Of a DNA stretch of 32,000 nt, positions 17,206-25,397 are shown one piece after another (positions within the stretch are counted from its first letter, which is position 1; every line of letters starts with the position of its first letter). Source of the stretch: Candidatus Scalindua sp. GTDB taxonomy: Bacteria; Planctomycetota; Brocadiia; Brocadiales; Scalinduaceae. Position numbers and translations under genes: made by a program. The notes under the pieces are model-generated. The model saw nothing but the letters and a program-made list of their open reading frames with translations, was not told the origin of the DNA and did not search any database. The DNA lies in assembly GCA_031316235.1 (NCBI GenBank), contig JALDRA010000001.1:1110001-1142000 (forward strand), written 5' to 3'.

Positions 17206-17994
17206 ATGGTTAAATTTTATAAAAATCTAGGGATAAAGCTTAAAAAGATAAGAGAAAAATTAGACTTGTCGCAGGAAGCATTGGCAAAAAAGTTAGGAGT
17301 AAGCAGGGTTGCTATTTCACAAATTGAAACTGGTGACAGGAAGATTAGTGCGGAAGAAATAGTCAAGTTAGCTAAGGTTTTCAATATTCCTACGGATGTT
17401 TTGTTAGATATAAAAAAAGATGTTGAGATTATATTTGAGAAAACTGTGAAGAAATCAAAGAAGAAAAACGACATTAGAATTAGTGTTCCTCAGCGAAATT
17501 TGCAGAAATTTAAAGAGATATTGATTTATATCCTCGGGAAAGTTGGATCAAAACCTAACATAGGAGAGACAGTTTTATATAAACTTCTTTATTTCATAGA
17601 TTTTAATTTTTATGAGAAGTATGAAGAACAGCTGATAGGGGCAACATATATAAAAAACCATCATGGGCCGACGCCTAAAGAATTTGTAAAGATTGTAAAA
17701 GAATTGGAAGGTAAGGACTTGGTCAAAGTGCAGGATAAATATTTCCAATATCCACAGACAAAGTATTTGCCTTTAAGGAAACCTGATCTTACTCAATTTA
17801 AGGCGCATGAAAAAGAAGCGATAGATGATGTTTTGAATAGTCTATCAAACATGAATGCTTCCGAGATCAGCGAATACTCTCATAATGATGTACCATGGCA
17901 AACTACCGAGGATGGTGAAATTATTGAATATGAAGCAGTGTTTTATAGAACTCCGCCTTATTCAGTGAGAAATTATAGTGAAAAAGAAATTTAA
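17206..17994 (+). CDS. HTH(XRE)-Panacea (DUF4065/SocA-like) antitoxin, PanA type
   Basis: N-terminal XRE HTH (LSQEALAKKLGVSRVAISQIETGDRKISAEEIVKLAKVF). The C-terminal region ILIYILGKVGSKPNIGETVLYKLLYFIDFNFYEKYEEQLIGATYIKNHHGPTP is typical of DUF4065. Confidence 0.8.
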   Translation: MVKFYKNLGIKLKKIREKLDLSQEALAKKLGVSRVAISQIETGDRKISAEEIVKLAKVFNIPTDVLLDIKKDVEIIFEKTVKKSKKKNDIRISVPQRNLQKFKEILIYILGKVGSKPNIGETVLYKLLYFIDFNFYEKYEEQLIGATYIKNHHGPTPKEFVKIVKELEGKDLVKVQDKYFQYPQTKYLPLRKPDLTQFKAHEKEAIDDVLNSLSNMNASEISEYSHNDVPWQTTEDGEIIEYEAVFYRTPPYSVRNYSEKEI

Positions 17995-18391
17995 TGAAAT
18001 ACGAAAAATCGCTGAGTTTGAAAAAGATTTCAAAAGGCTTTCGAAAAGGTTTAAGACGCTTGATGACGATTTCAAAACTTTTATTGATAAACAGCTAATG
18101 ATTACTCATAAATTGGGAATTGATAATAAGGGTGTAATACCTATCTCAGGATTAGGGATCGAAGTTCCGAAGATATATAAGGCAAGAAAATTTGCCTGTA
18201 AAGCACTAAAAGGTAGCGGTGGAATGAGTGGCATAAGAATAATATATGCATATTATGAGGAAGATGATGTTATTGAATTTATAGAGATCTATTTTAAGGG
18301 TGATAAGAAAAACGAGGATAGGAACCGAATTATAAGATATTATACAACTGACATTCAGGAGTACAAAAGAAGGCAAATACGCCCGGATTGA
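17978..18391 (+). CDS. RelE/ParE-superfamily type II toxin
   Basis: FEKDFKRLSKRFKTL... and ...GSGGMSGIRIIYAYYEEDDVIEFIEIYFKGDKKNE fit the RelE/ParE fold signature. The GTG start overlaps the antitoxin end by 17 nt. Confidence 0.7.
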   Translation: MKKKFNEIRKIAEFEKDFKRLSKRFKTLDDDFKTFIDKQLMITHKLGIDNKGVIPISGLGIEVPKIYKARKFACKALKGSGGMSGIRIIYAYYEEDDVIEFIEIYFKGDKKNEDRNRIIRYYTTDIQEYKRRQIRPD

Positions 18392-18471
18392 GCAACGCTC
18401 ACTTTCATTTGTTCGTGTTCATGAAAAAAACGTAGACATAATTGATTCTCGAAGATGAGAAATAAAAAACA

Positions 18472-18669
18472 ATGAAAACACCAGATGACAGACTCAAGTA
18501 TTTTGATGATGACGGGAATGAGGTAAACCCCGATCTTATTTCAAAATCTTCTCTCTGTGTCTCGTGTGTGAAGGTTGAAGATCCAAAAGAAGAGATGCGC
18601 TGTAATCTTAACTGCCTGGACCAGCAGAGTGAAGAAGATTTCGAATGCTTCGCTTACGAGTCGAAGTAA
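18472..18669 (+). CDS. Small Cys-rich protein (CxxC ... C...C), unknown function
   Basis: 65 aa, ...LCVSCVKVEDPKEEMRCNLNCLDQQSEEDFECFAYESK. Its last ~25 codons plus ~100 bp downstream are duplicated at 11427-11579. Confidence 0.5.
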   Translation: MKTPDDRLKYFDDDGNEVNPDLISKSSLCVSCVKVEDPKEEMRCNLNCLDQQSEEDFECFAYESK

Positions 18670-18796
18670 TGAAATTGATATTCGAACAAGCTCTTCAAGT
18701 GGGCGCGGAAAGGCGTCGTTAAAGTAAATGAAAATGGGTAAATCAATACGGCTACAAACTTCATTATTAATACTTTAAAAAAAAGATAAGATGAAT

Positions 18797-18890
18797 TGAA
18801 TTTCACCATTGACCAATCGGGAGATTCCATCCTTCATCAGCGCTTCACCGAAGTTCAACAGGTATCCTAATTTCATATTTGCCAATTTCA
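18797..18890 (-). pseudogene. GxxExxY gene C-terminal remnant
   Basis: The reverse strand reads MKLANMKLGYLLNFGEALMKDGISRLVNGE. Compare GDKNLGLIINFHVEVLREGIFRVVNK in 28895-29259. It abuts a family-D-like arm (cttcgtgtctctgtgcgag, about 18915-18940). Confidence 0.5.
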
Positions 18891-19006
18891 TTTTCCGTCA
18901 TCTTCTTTGTGGCTTCGTGTCTCTGTGCGAGCTTTACTGATCAAACTGGAAGGTGAATACTTTTAATTTGAATCAATATTGGCATTTTGTTCGCGTGTTT
19001 TAAGAA

Positions 19007-19029
19007 TCTGCCGGCTTCGCCTCGGCAGA
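19007..19029. terminator. Hairpin downstream of the NACHT gene (possible bidirectional terminator)
   Basis: tctgccg-gcttcgcct-cggcaga with T-rich sequence on both sides, about 70 nt after the stop at 19102. Confidence 0.35.
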
Positions 19030-19101
19030 TGTTTCTTGATACTTTCCTCACCTGAAAAAACCTACCCGCCGCCAAGGGTACAAGGGCCCAAGGGACAAGG
19101 G

Positions 19102-22071
19102 TTACACTGACCTGGAAAGGCGAAAGCCAACGAAGTTGCCGCGGGCGCCGGGCCCGAGGCCGCCCCGGAGCGCCGACCGGCAGCGCTGCGCATCGTCGCC
19201 CCAGCTGCCGCCGCGAATCACACGGAAGGAGCCTCTCGGTTTATCGGTCCATGCCTTTCCGTCATTGGGTGCCCCCTTGTAATCACCGTGCCAGTCGTCC
19301 TCCACCCATTCATACACGTTTCCATGCATATCATAAAGACCGAAGGCGTTCGGCTCTTTTTCTCCAACAGGATGAAGCAGTTCTCCCGAATTCTTATCAT
19401 ACCATCCCACTCGATCCAGGTCTTTTTCTGCGTCACCATTACAGTAACGAGTCTTACCCCCCGCACGGCAGGCATACTCCCATTCTGCCTCGCTCGGTAG
19501 CCGTAGCCCAGTCCATTCTGCATACCGTACGGCGTCATCCCAGCTCACCCCTACTACCGGCTGACGCGGCTGGTTGAATTGCCGGTCGGCCCAGTACTTC
19601 GGTTCCTTAACCTCTGGATTCTCCTTGAGAAACCGTCCATACTCCTCATTGGTCACGGGGTAACGCCCCAGATAAAAATCCTGAATCTGTACCTGATGGA
19701 CAGGTCCTTCTGCTTCAGATCTCCCCTTCTCCCGATCCGGAGATCCCATGGTAAATACTCCACCAGGTATTTTCACGAGCTCGTATCCACCGGGTTCGGA
19801 TACGATGACATCCTGACCGGCCTGCACTGCACGCTCCTCTATCCAGCCACGAATCTTTTGTGAAGGGTGTTTTTTGAGATGTGCTTCCCGATTATGAACT
19901 GCCTCAGGATCAAGCCGTTCCAGCACACGGAGAGCCACGAGCTGACGTTCCCATAACTCTTCGTCCTTTCCCGGCTCAGTTTCCAGAAGTTCTATGAATG
20001 GTTTCGTTGATGTCTCTGCCGCGTCATCCAGAGAGGCTTCAATCAATTCTGTATATTCTGCAAACGCGGGTTGTTTTACCACCTCGCGCAGGTAAGGAAC
20101 AAAGAGGGAGGGGTCTTCAAGGGCCAGTAAGATAAGTCCCACCTCCTGCCACCAGCTCTCGCCGAAGTGTGAGGCAAGCTCTCGTAATACACCCTCATCA
20201 TGAAATGCCCGCGTTCGTATCTCACGGGCGGCAAGATATTCCTGGAAACCGAGGTGCATAAAACCATACTCTTCAGGATTCCAACCTGTCAGGAGCCCGC
20301 TTTCGTCACGAACGGTATTGAGAAACTCTCTGGCAGTGCCACCTGACCATTGTACCGATCTGAGAACAGGTTCTATGATCGGAATGAGTTCAGAATACTC
20401 TGCCCGCGTACGTCCCTCCTTTCCATGCAGCCACAATGCAACCGGTTGAAGCACACGCATCCCGTCTCGGGCAGTTACACCAACAGAGAGTCCTTTTGCC
20501 TCACGCCAGTGTTCGAGGAGAACGTTTACACACTCTTCATAGAGGCACGCCCTCTTCTTCGGAAGGGCGCCCCGGTGGCGATGGACGAGACAGATATTTG
20601 CAAGGAGGAGCGGGTTGCGGGTAAGCTCAAACACCCTTCTTGCCCTGAAATCGGGCTCCTTCAGACGGTTGATAAGACTCTCGGCTTTTTCTGCAGCAAT
20701 CACCGTTGCCTGATCAGTATCTCTGGCAAGGCCCCTTTCTACAATCGTGTACCAGTTCCGGATAAATCGTGCTACCTGGTCTTCCGTAAGCGGCCGGATG
20801 TGCATCTCAAGAAACTCCTCGCCTAACTGAACAGTCGGGCTGTATCCCGCGAAACGGCATGTCACGACAAAACGACACGCACTATGAACGCGAATGGCTT
20901 CTGTTATCCAGCCTGCGACCTTCTCACGTCCGGCAAGGTCGGCAACTTCGTCGAGTCCGTCCAGGAGGAAGAGCAGATTTTGTCTCTCCAGGAGACGTCT
21001 GCCAAAGCCTTTGGAGGTATTAAGGTGGGCGCCCTGGAGCTGTTCCTCGATGAAGGCGTCAAGCCCCTGATCAAGACTCTTTAACTGACGCAGGGGTAAA
21101 AACACCGGGATCATATCATGGGGAAGGCCTATCGTCTCCTGATCTTTTCTCAGACACCAGAGGAGCAGCCTCTTTAAGTGGGTGGTCTTTCCTGACCCCG
21201 GATCTCCAAGGATAACAATGCCCCGCTGCCTGCGATTTCCGGATTGACGGAATGCCTCCAGAAGTGAGATCTCCAGTCCGGCATCCTGACCTCTCAGTCT
21301 TTTTTCGGCATGCTCCGCGTCCCGGAAAAAATCCTCCCTGACGCCCTGGAGGTTGACCATGGCTCGCAGGGGCACATACATCTCTTCAAGGTCAATGGGC
21401 ACCTTGATCTGCATGGCAAAACCTGCAACCGGCAGGTTTTCGTGCAGGGCCTCCGCCTTCCGGCAATAGGAGAGGATCTCCTTATCCGTTTGCAGTTCTG
21501 GTGGAGAAACTTCCTCTCCGGCCTGGAGGTGTCTCTCTTTTCCGGAAACTTCTTCTCTCTTCGCCCGCCATTTGTTCAGTGAGTCCAACACCTTTGCGCC
21601 AAGGGTGGTTTCGTTAAAGACTGCAGGTATTTGATCCCGCGATATTTTTTGCTTGAAGGCTTCCAGTTTTTCCTGTTTTTTCCACTTATCTGACCCTTCA
21701 TCATAATCTTTCTGCTGATTCACCGGAAGTTCAGGGTCAATGAGGAACATCAGCCGCTCTTTTACAGCATCATATTCCATCTCGGTAATGGATTTCATAC
21801 CATCCGGTTCCCATCCGTATCGATGAGCAATGATGCCTACGAGGACGTCCGCTTCCCTTGCGTGGCGCAGGCATTCTTCCACAACAGGTCTGGTTGAGGC
21901 CTCAAAGAATTCCATCCCATGCCATACCATTCCCGCCATCGTAATGGAGTCTTCAACCGTTCTCCGCCTCTCTTTATTATCGAGAAAAGTACTTGAAACG
22001 AATACCTTGTAACTCTTACCTGAACTTTTCGATACGGATTTTTTCTTGCCGGCCATTTCGCCTTCTCCCAC
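19102..22071 (-). CDS. STAND NTPase: DUF4062 (TIR-like) - NACHT - helical region - FGE/SUMF1 domain
   Basis: N-terminus KVFVSSTFLDNKERRRTVEDSI...ADVLVGIIAHRYGWEP (DUF4062). Walker A GDPGSGKTT and Walker B LLFLLDGLDEV (NACHT). The C-terminal ~260 aa contain YPVTNEEY, VGVSWDDAVRYAEW, EAEWEYACRAG, HGNVYEWVED and RGGSW...GFRLSRS (FGE-sulfatase fold). Confidence 0.88.
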   Translation of the reverse strand: MGEGEMAGKKKSVSKSSGKSYKVFVSSTFLDNKERRRTVEDSITMAGMVWHGMEFFEASTRPVVEECLRHAREADVLVGIIAHRYGWEPDGMKSITEMEYDAVKERLMFLIDPELPVNQQKDYDEGSDKWKKQEKLEAFKQKISRDQIPAVFNETTLGAKVLDSLNKWRAKREEVSGKERHLQAGEEVSPPELQTDKEILSYCRKAEALHENLPVAGFAMQIKVPIDLEEMYVPLRAMVNLQGVREDFFRDAEHAEKRLRGQDAGLEISLLEAFRQSGNRRQRGIVILGDPGSGKTTHLKRLLLWCLRKDQETIGLPHDMIPVFLPLRQLKSLDQGLDAFIEEQLQGAHLNTSKGFGRRLLERQNLLFLLDGLDEVADLAGREKVAGWITEAIRVHSACRFVVTCRFAGYSPTVQLGEEFLEMHIRPLTEDQVARFIRNWYTIVERGLARDTDQATVIAAEKAESLINRLKEPDFRARRVFELTRNPLLLANICLVHRHRGALPKKRACLYEECVNVLLEHWREAKGLSVGVTARDGMRVLQPVALWLHGKEGRTRAEYSELIPIIEPVLRSVQWSGGTAREFLNTVRDESGLLTGWNPEEYGFMHLGFQEYLAAREIRTRAFHDEGVLRELASHFGESWWQEVGLILLALEDPSLFVPYLREVVKQPAFAEYTELIEASLDDAAETSTKPFIELLETEPGKDEELWERQLVALRVLERLDPEAVHNREAHLKKHPSQKIRGWIEERAVQAGQDVIVSEPGGYELVKIPGGVFTMGSPDREKGRSEAEGPVHQVQIQDFYLGRYPVTNEEYGRFLKENPEVKEPKYWADRQFNQPRQPVVGVSWDDAVRYAEWTGLRLPSEAEWEYACRAGGKTRYCNGDAEKDLDRVGWYDKNSGELLHPVGEKEPNAFGLYDMHGNVYEWVEDDWHGDYKGAPNDGKAWTDKPRGSFRVIRGGSWGDDAQRCRSALRGGLGPGARGNFVGFRLSRSV

Positions 22072-22380
22072 CCCAGTCAGGTTTCATCGTAGAATATCGG
22101 AATTCGGATTGTGGATTTTTACATTTTGCAAGAGAACAGACTACAAAAAAAAACAGTCTCTCTCTTTGATAAATATTAGAGCAAAAACCATAAAATTTGC
22201 AAGCCATTTCAATAATGGAGACTGAGTAGACAGTTCCTCACATCCCTCGACTCCCGCAGGGCATTATAGACATCAACTTTCCGTTCATCCAGATCATTAC
22301 GGTTTCACAAACCAATACTGACTCTTGAAATCCGATCTTGCTTTTAAAGAGTACAAAAACACTCTGTAATTAATCAGCGG

Positions 22381-22500
22381 TTACAACACACCCCGTCTGC
22401 TTACGCAGCCACCCCTCTTTATAGAGGGGATGATACGGCATATGTCCTGGAACTTACAAGTCCCCTCTAATAAGAGGGGATTCAGGGGTGTGTTACTGGA
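22381..22500. repeat. Compound palindromic element (outer IR aacacacccc/ggggtgtgtt, two inner cccctct...agagggg hairpins)
   Basis: acccctctttatagagggga and tcccctctaataagagggga hairpins are nested in an outer inverted repeat. The ORF 22381-22599 over it is rejected. Confidence 0.55.
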
Positions 22501-22540
22501 TTTTGCTGAATAGACACAAAACTCTTTTGATTTATTTTCA

Positions 22541-22776
22541 GGTGTCAGCGTTTGAACGGAAACCCTCTGTTTGAACGAAAACTGCCCAGGTATACTCATT
22601 TCATAATGGTTTTCGGATAAAATCCGAGAAAAAACGGAGCGAGTATACCTTCACCAAGATTTGGTTTTAGCATACAAGGCGCGTAATAATTACGTAACCG
22701 GAGCGTACTCAAGTACGTGAGGATTACGTCATTATTGCAGCAACGCCGTAGATGGGTAGTTTTCGTTCAAACACTA
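22541..22776. repeat. Family E palindromic element, copy 2 (inverted), interrupted by a MITE A
   Basis: The reverse complement aligns with 28194-28313 and 1833-1989. It is continuous except for 22593-22672. Its end supplies the last codons and stop of umuC. Confidence 0.65.
22593..22672 (+). mobile_element. MITE family A, copy 3 (80-bp short variant) nested in element E
   Basis: tactcatttcataatggttttcggataaaatccgag...caccaagatttggttttagca flanked by ta/ta. The uninterrupted site is visible in E copy 3 (cccagatacaagg, reverse complement of 28286-28298). Confidence 0.7.
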
Positions 22777-24059
22777 ATTATGAGGAGATCTTCCCACTTA
22801 CTCGTATATGCCGGTGAAAGCATCGATCTCCTCATCTTCCATCTCTGCCGTATCCCCTCCGCCGCCAGTCTCAGGCTCCCCCTCCCCCATCTTCTGTTTA
22901 TCCTGTCCACTGTCTCCATGAGTTTTTCCTCCCGTTCTCTCCCCGCATAATCAAGGGAGCTGAAGAGGTGTAACTGTATCAGGCTATCCGTCTGGATCCC
23001 TTCCAGGAGAATACCGGCTTTTTTGTACCGATATCCCGGTTTATATATCTTACCCAGCCCCTGCAGCGCATGCCTTGTCAGATCGATGGTATTTGCCGTA
23101 GGCTCCTTCAGCCTGATATGGAGAGAATTTGCATATTGTGGCTCATCTCTTTTAAACTTATTCGTTTTAATATAGACAATCAGTATATTGGCGCAGGAGT
23201 TCTGGCTCCTGAGCTTTTCAGCCGCCCTGCTTACGTATGAGGCTACCGCCTCCTCCAGCTCCTCCCGCGTAGCAACAGGCTTTCCAAAAGAACGGGAACT
23301 GCGGATCCCTTTTTTGGGCATGGGGTATCGATCCAATCCAAAACAGGGGATTCCCCTCAACTCAAGGACGCATCGTTCGCCCATTACGGTCATTCTCTTG
23401 CGTACCCATTCCATATCCGCATACTTTAGATCCCTTGCCGTCTTAATCCCCTGTCCCCGCAGCAGCTTCGCATACTGATGACCAACACCCCACACATCCT
23501 CAACCCCGAGCTGCTCAAGGTAAAAGTCGATTTCCCTCCCCGGGCCCTTACTCAGATCCACAACTCCTCCGTATCGGGGATGTTTCTTCGCTATCTCATT
23601 GGCAACTTTTGTCAGGGTCTTCGTCTGTGCAATACCAACCGACACCGATATCCCCGTCCACTTCATTACCGTCTGCCGAATTCCCCTTCCGCATGCAGCA
23701 TAATCTTCACACCGTAGTCCCGTAAGAGAAAGAAAGGCCTCATCGATAGAGTAGATCTCGATATCGGGCGTAAACTGTTTCAACGTCTCCATCACCCTGC
23801 GTGACATGTCGGCATAAAGCGAATAGTTTGAAGAGAACACCCTGATCTTGTGCCTCTTAATCATGTTGTCACACTGAAAAACAGGGATCCCCATCCTGAT
23901 ACCAAGGGCCTTCACCTCGTTTGACCGTGCAACAACGCAACCATCGTTGTTAGAGAGTACCATTACGGGAATGGCTGCAAGCGCCGGATCAAACACCCTC
24001 TCACAGGAAACGTAAAAATTGTTACAATCCACCAGCGCCAAAACCGTGTCCTGTCTCAT
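22767..24059 (-). CDS. umuC: Y-family translesion DNA polymerase, UmuC type
   Basis: N-terminal [21 protein letters not shown]...[21 protein letters not shown] is the UmuC signature. It overlaps the umuD stop by 4 nt. Confidence 0.9.
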   Translation of the reverse strand: MRQDTVLALVDCNNFYVSCERVFDPALAAIPVMVLSNNDGCVVARSNEVKALGIRMGIPVFQCDNMIKRHKIRVFSSNYSLYADMSRRVMETLKQFTPDIEIYSIDEAFLSLTGLRCEDYAACGRGIRQTVMKWTGISVSVGIAQTKTLTKVANEIAKKHPRYGGVVDLSKGPGREIDFYLEQLGVEDVWGVGHQYAKLLRGQGIKTARDLKYADMEWVRKRMTVMGERCVLELRGIPCFGLDRYPMPKKGIRSSRSFGKPVATREELEEAVASYVSRAAEKLRSQNSCANILIVYIKTNKFKRDEPQYANSLHIRLKEPTANTIDLTRHALQGLGKIYKPGYRYKKAGILLEGIQTDSLIQLHLFSSLDYAGREREEKLMETVDRINRRWGRGSLRLAAEGIRQRWKMRRSMLSPAYTSKWEDLLIISV

Positions 24060-24478
24060 CTTATTTCCTTAATAGCATGCGTCACTACTCCCCATACCTG
24101 AAAATCCATCTCTTCGGTAACCCTGATCGGTTCATACTCTCTATTCTCGGGGACCAGATATAATTCACCTTTTTTGTACCGAACCCGCTTTATGGTAAAT
24201 TCTCCGCTTAAGAACGCGACAACAATTGATTTATCACCCGGATCAAGCGCGCGATCAACCACAACCAGATCACCATCTGAAATTCCGCAATCCTGCATTG
24301 AATTCCCCTTCACCCTGACAAAGAACGTTGCTGCCGGGTGTTTCACGATATACTCGTTCAGATCCAGATGCTTATCAACAAAGTCTTCTGCCGGGCTCGG
24401 AAAACCGGCGGAAACAGGAAACTCATATAGAGGAAGTTTAATATTTTTGTCTATTTTCGCCTTATAAAAGTCAATCAT
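24056..24478 (-). CDS. umuD: UmuD-like S24 peptidase (polymerase V accessory subunit)
   Basis: 140 aa. Ser/Lys dyad context [20 protein letters not shown] ... FTIKRV. It is translationally coupled to umuC. Confidence 0.88.
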   Translation of the reverse strand: MIDFYKAKIDKNIKLPLYEFPVSAGFPSPAEDFVDKHLDLNEYIVKHPAATFFVRVKGNSMQDCGISDGDLVVVDRALDPGDKSIVVAFLSGEFTIKRVRYKKGELYLVPENREYEPIRVTEEMDFQVWGVVTHAIKEIR

Positions 24479-24506
24479 TATCGATAGTCCTTTTTACCTT
24501 TATAAT

Positions 24507-24533
24507 TGCTAAATGCTCATTGTTCATTTTGCA
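24507..24533 (-). promoter_or_regulatory. Candidate operator palindrome overlapping a putative umuDC promoter
   Basis: On the gene strand, TGCAAAATG-N9-CATTTAGCA with half-sites matching 8/9, 29-55 nt upstream of the umuD ATG. It overlaps the possible -35 tgaaca / -10 tataaa (16-nt spacer). Confidence 0.3.
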
Positions 24534-24541
24534 TCAAGTTA

Positions 24542-24849
24542 TACTCAGCTCATAATAGTTTTCGGATAAAACCCGAGATAAAATTGAGCGAGTAAAGTCC
24601 TCGGCGTCTGGTCCGGGGATACCTTCACCAGGATTTAGTTTTCAATAAAACCCAGTAATGTCCGGTTAGGTTTTTGCATATTTAATTTATTTCCCCAAAA
24701 CTGTCATTCCCGCATGTTTTTAGCGGGAATCTATGATGAAACGAGTCTCTTGATACCCGATAAAGTCGCTCGGGTATGACAAAAGCCGCCTACGCAAAAA
24801 CCTAACCGGACACTGTTGAGTAAAACCGAAAACCAAATCGGTTTTAGTA
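24542..24849 (+). mobile_element. MITE family A, copy 4, carrying a nested family B MITE
   Basis: The left end tactcagctcataatagttttcgg... and right end ...gtaaaaccgaaaaccaaatcggttttagta are flanked by ta/ta. The interior is interrupted at 24653-24820. Confidence 0.7.
24653..24820. mobile_element. MITE family B, copy nested inside MITE A
   Basis: 168 bp. Near-perfect ~20-bp TIR tgtccggttaggtttttgc / gcaaaaacctaaccggaca. The 7-bp TSD taaaacc lies at 24646-24652 and 24821-24827. Confidence 0.75.
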
Positions 24850-24983
24850 TAGATTTCTCGACTCTGCCCGCCCACCTGACCACTCTTTCGGACAGGGAAT
24901 GATGTCACTGTGAATGCTCACAACTACCGCATATTTGGCAAAAATCCGATGTATAGCAAACATGAAAATACTTGAAAATTAAC

Positions 24984-25257
24984 TTAACAGAGAGGCGCGG
25001 AGGTCGCAGAGATTATGCCGCAAGGCTTATGTCAAGCTGCGCTTATGTCAAACTGCGTTTGAGAAGAAACTTACTGTAATTTATTGACTATACTGACAAT
25101 TCCATCGCATAATGCTTCAACATGAAAATTGATTATTAAACTTCTATAACAACACAAATTATCTTCTCTGATATCTCGTATTCATACATAATGAATAAAT
25201 CTCTTCTTATTTTTCTTCAACCTTCAGCTCTCCGCGTCCTCCGCGCCTCTGCGTTAA
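24984..25257 (-). pseudogene. IR-bounded GxxExxY cassette with an internal deletion of the ORF
   Basis: It has the same end sequences as 28808-29457. It retains MYEYEISEKIICVVIEV (N-terminus) joined out of frame to LIINFHVEALCDGIVSIVNKLQ* (C-terminus). It also preserves the empty MITE-A target ctctgatatctcg (25166-25178). Confidence 0.7.
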
Positions 25258-25278
25258 AATAGAATAGAAGTCAAGATC

Positions 25279-25370
25279 TTATAATCTCCCGCCCTCAATA
25301 CTCCTTATCAATTCTGGGTTGTCATTTGTTGGGGAGTTTACCTCATTTGAGACAATATACACATCCATAT
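25279..25370 (-). pseudogene. Detached 3' end (last 30 codons) of the SRAP gene
   Basis: The reverse strand, after removing one TSD copy, reads ...DDDMD|VYIVSNEVNSPTNDNPELIRSIEGGRL*. This is a typical SRAP/YedK C-terminus. Confidence 0.8.
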
Positions 25371-25397
25371 GGGTGCATTCCCAATTTATTGTAAAAT

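Noticed and set aside
19060-19100. Short caaggg/aaggg iterations downstream of the NACHT gene
   Set aside because: There are only four loose iterations over about 30 bp, with no further structure, so this is probably trivial.
19218-21582. Many 60-158-aa ORFs on both strands within 19102-22071
   Set aside because: These are shadow ORFs, typical of a GC-rich gene. All are nested in the well-supported 989-aa NACHT ORF.
22717-24467. Plus-strand ORFs 22717-22950, 23188-23478, 23478-23717 and 24174-24467
   Set aside because: They are antisense shadows of umuC and umuD, with no motifs.
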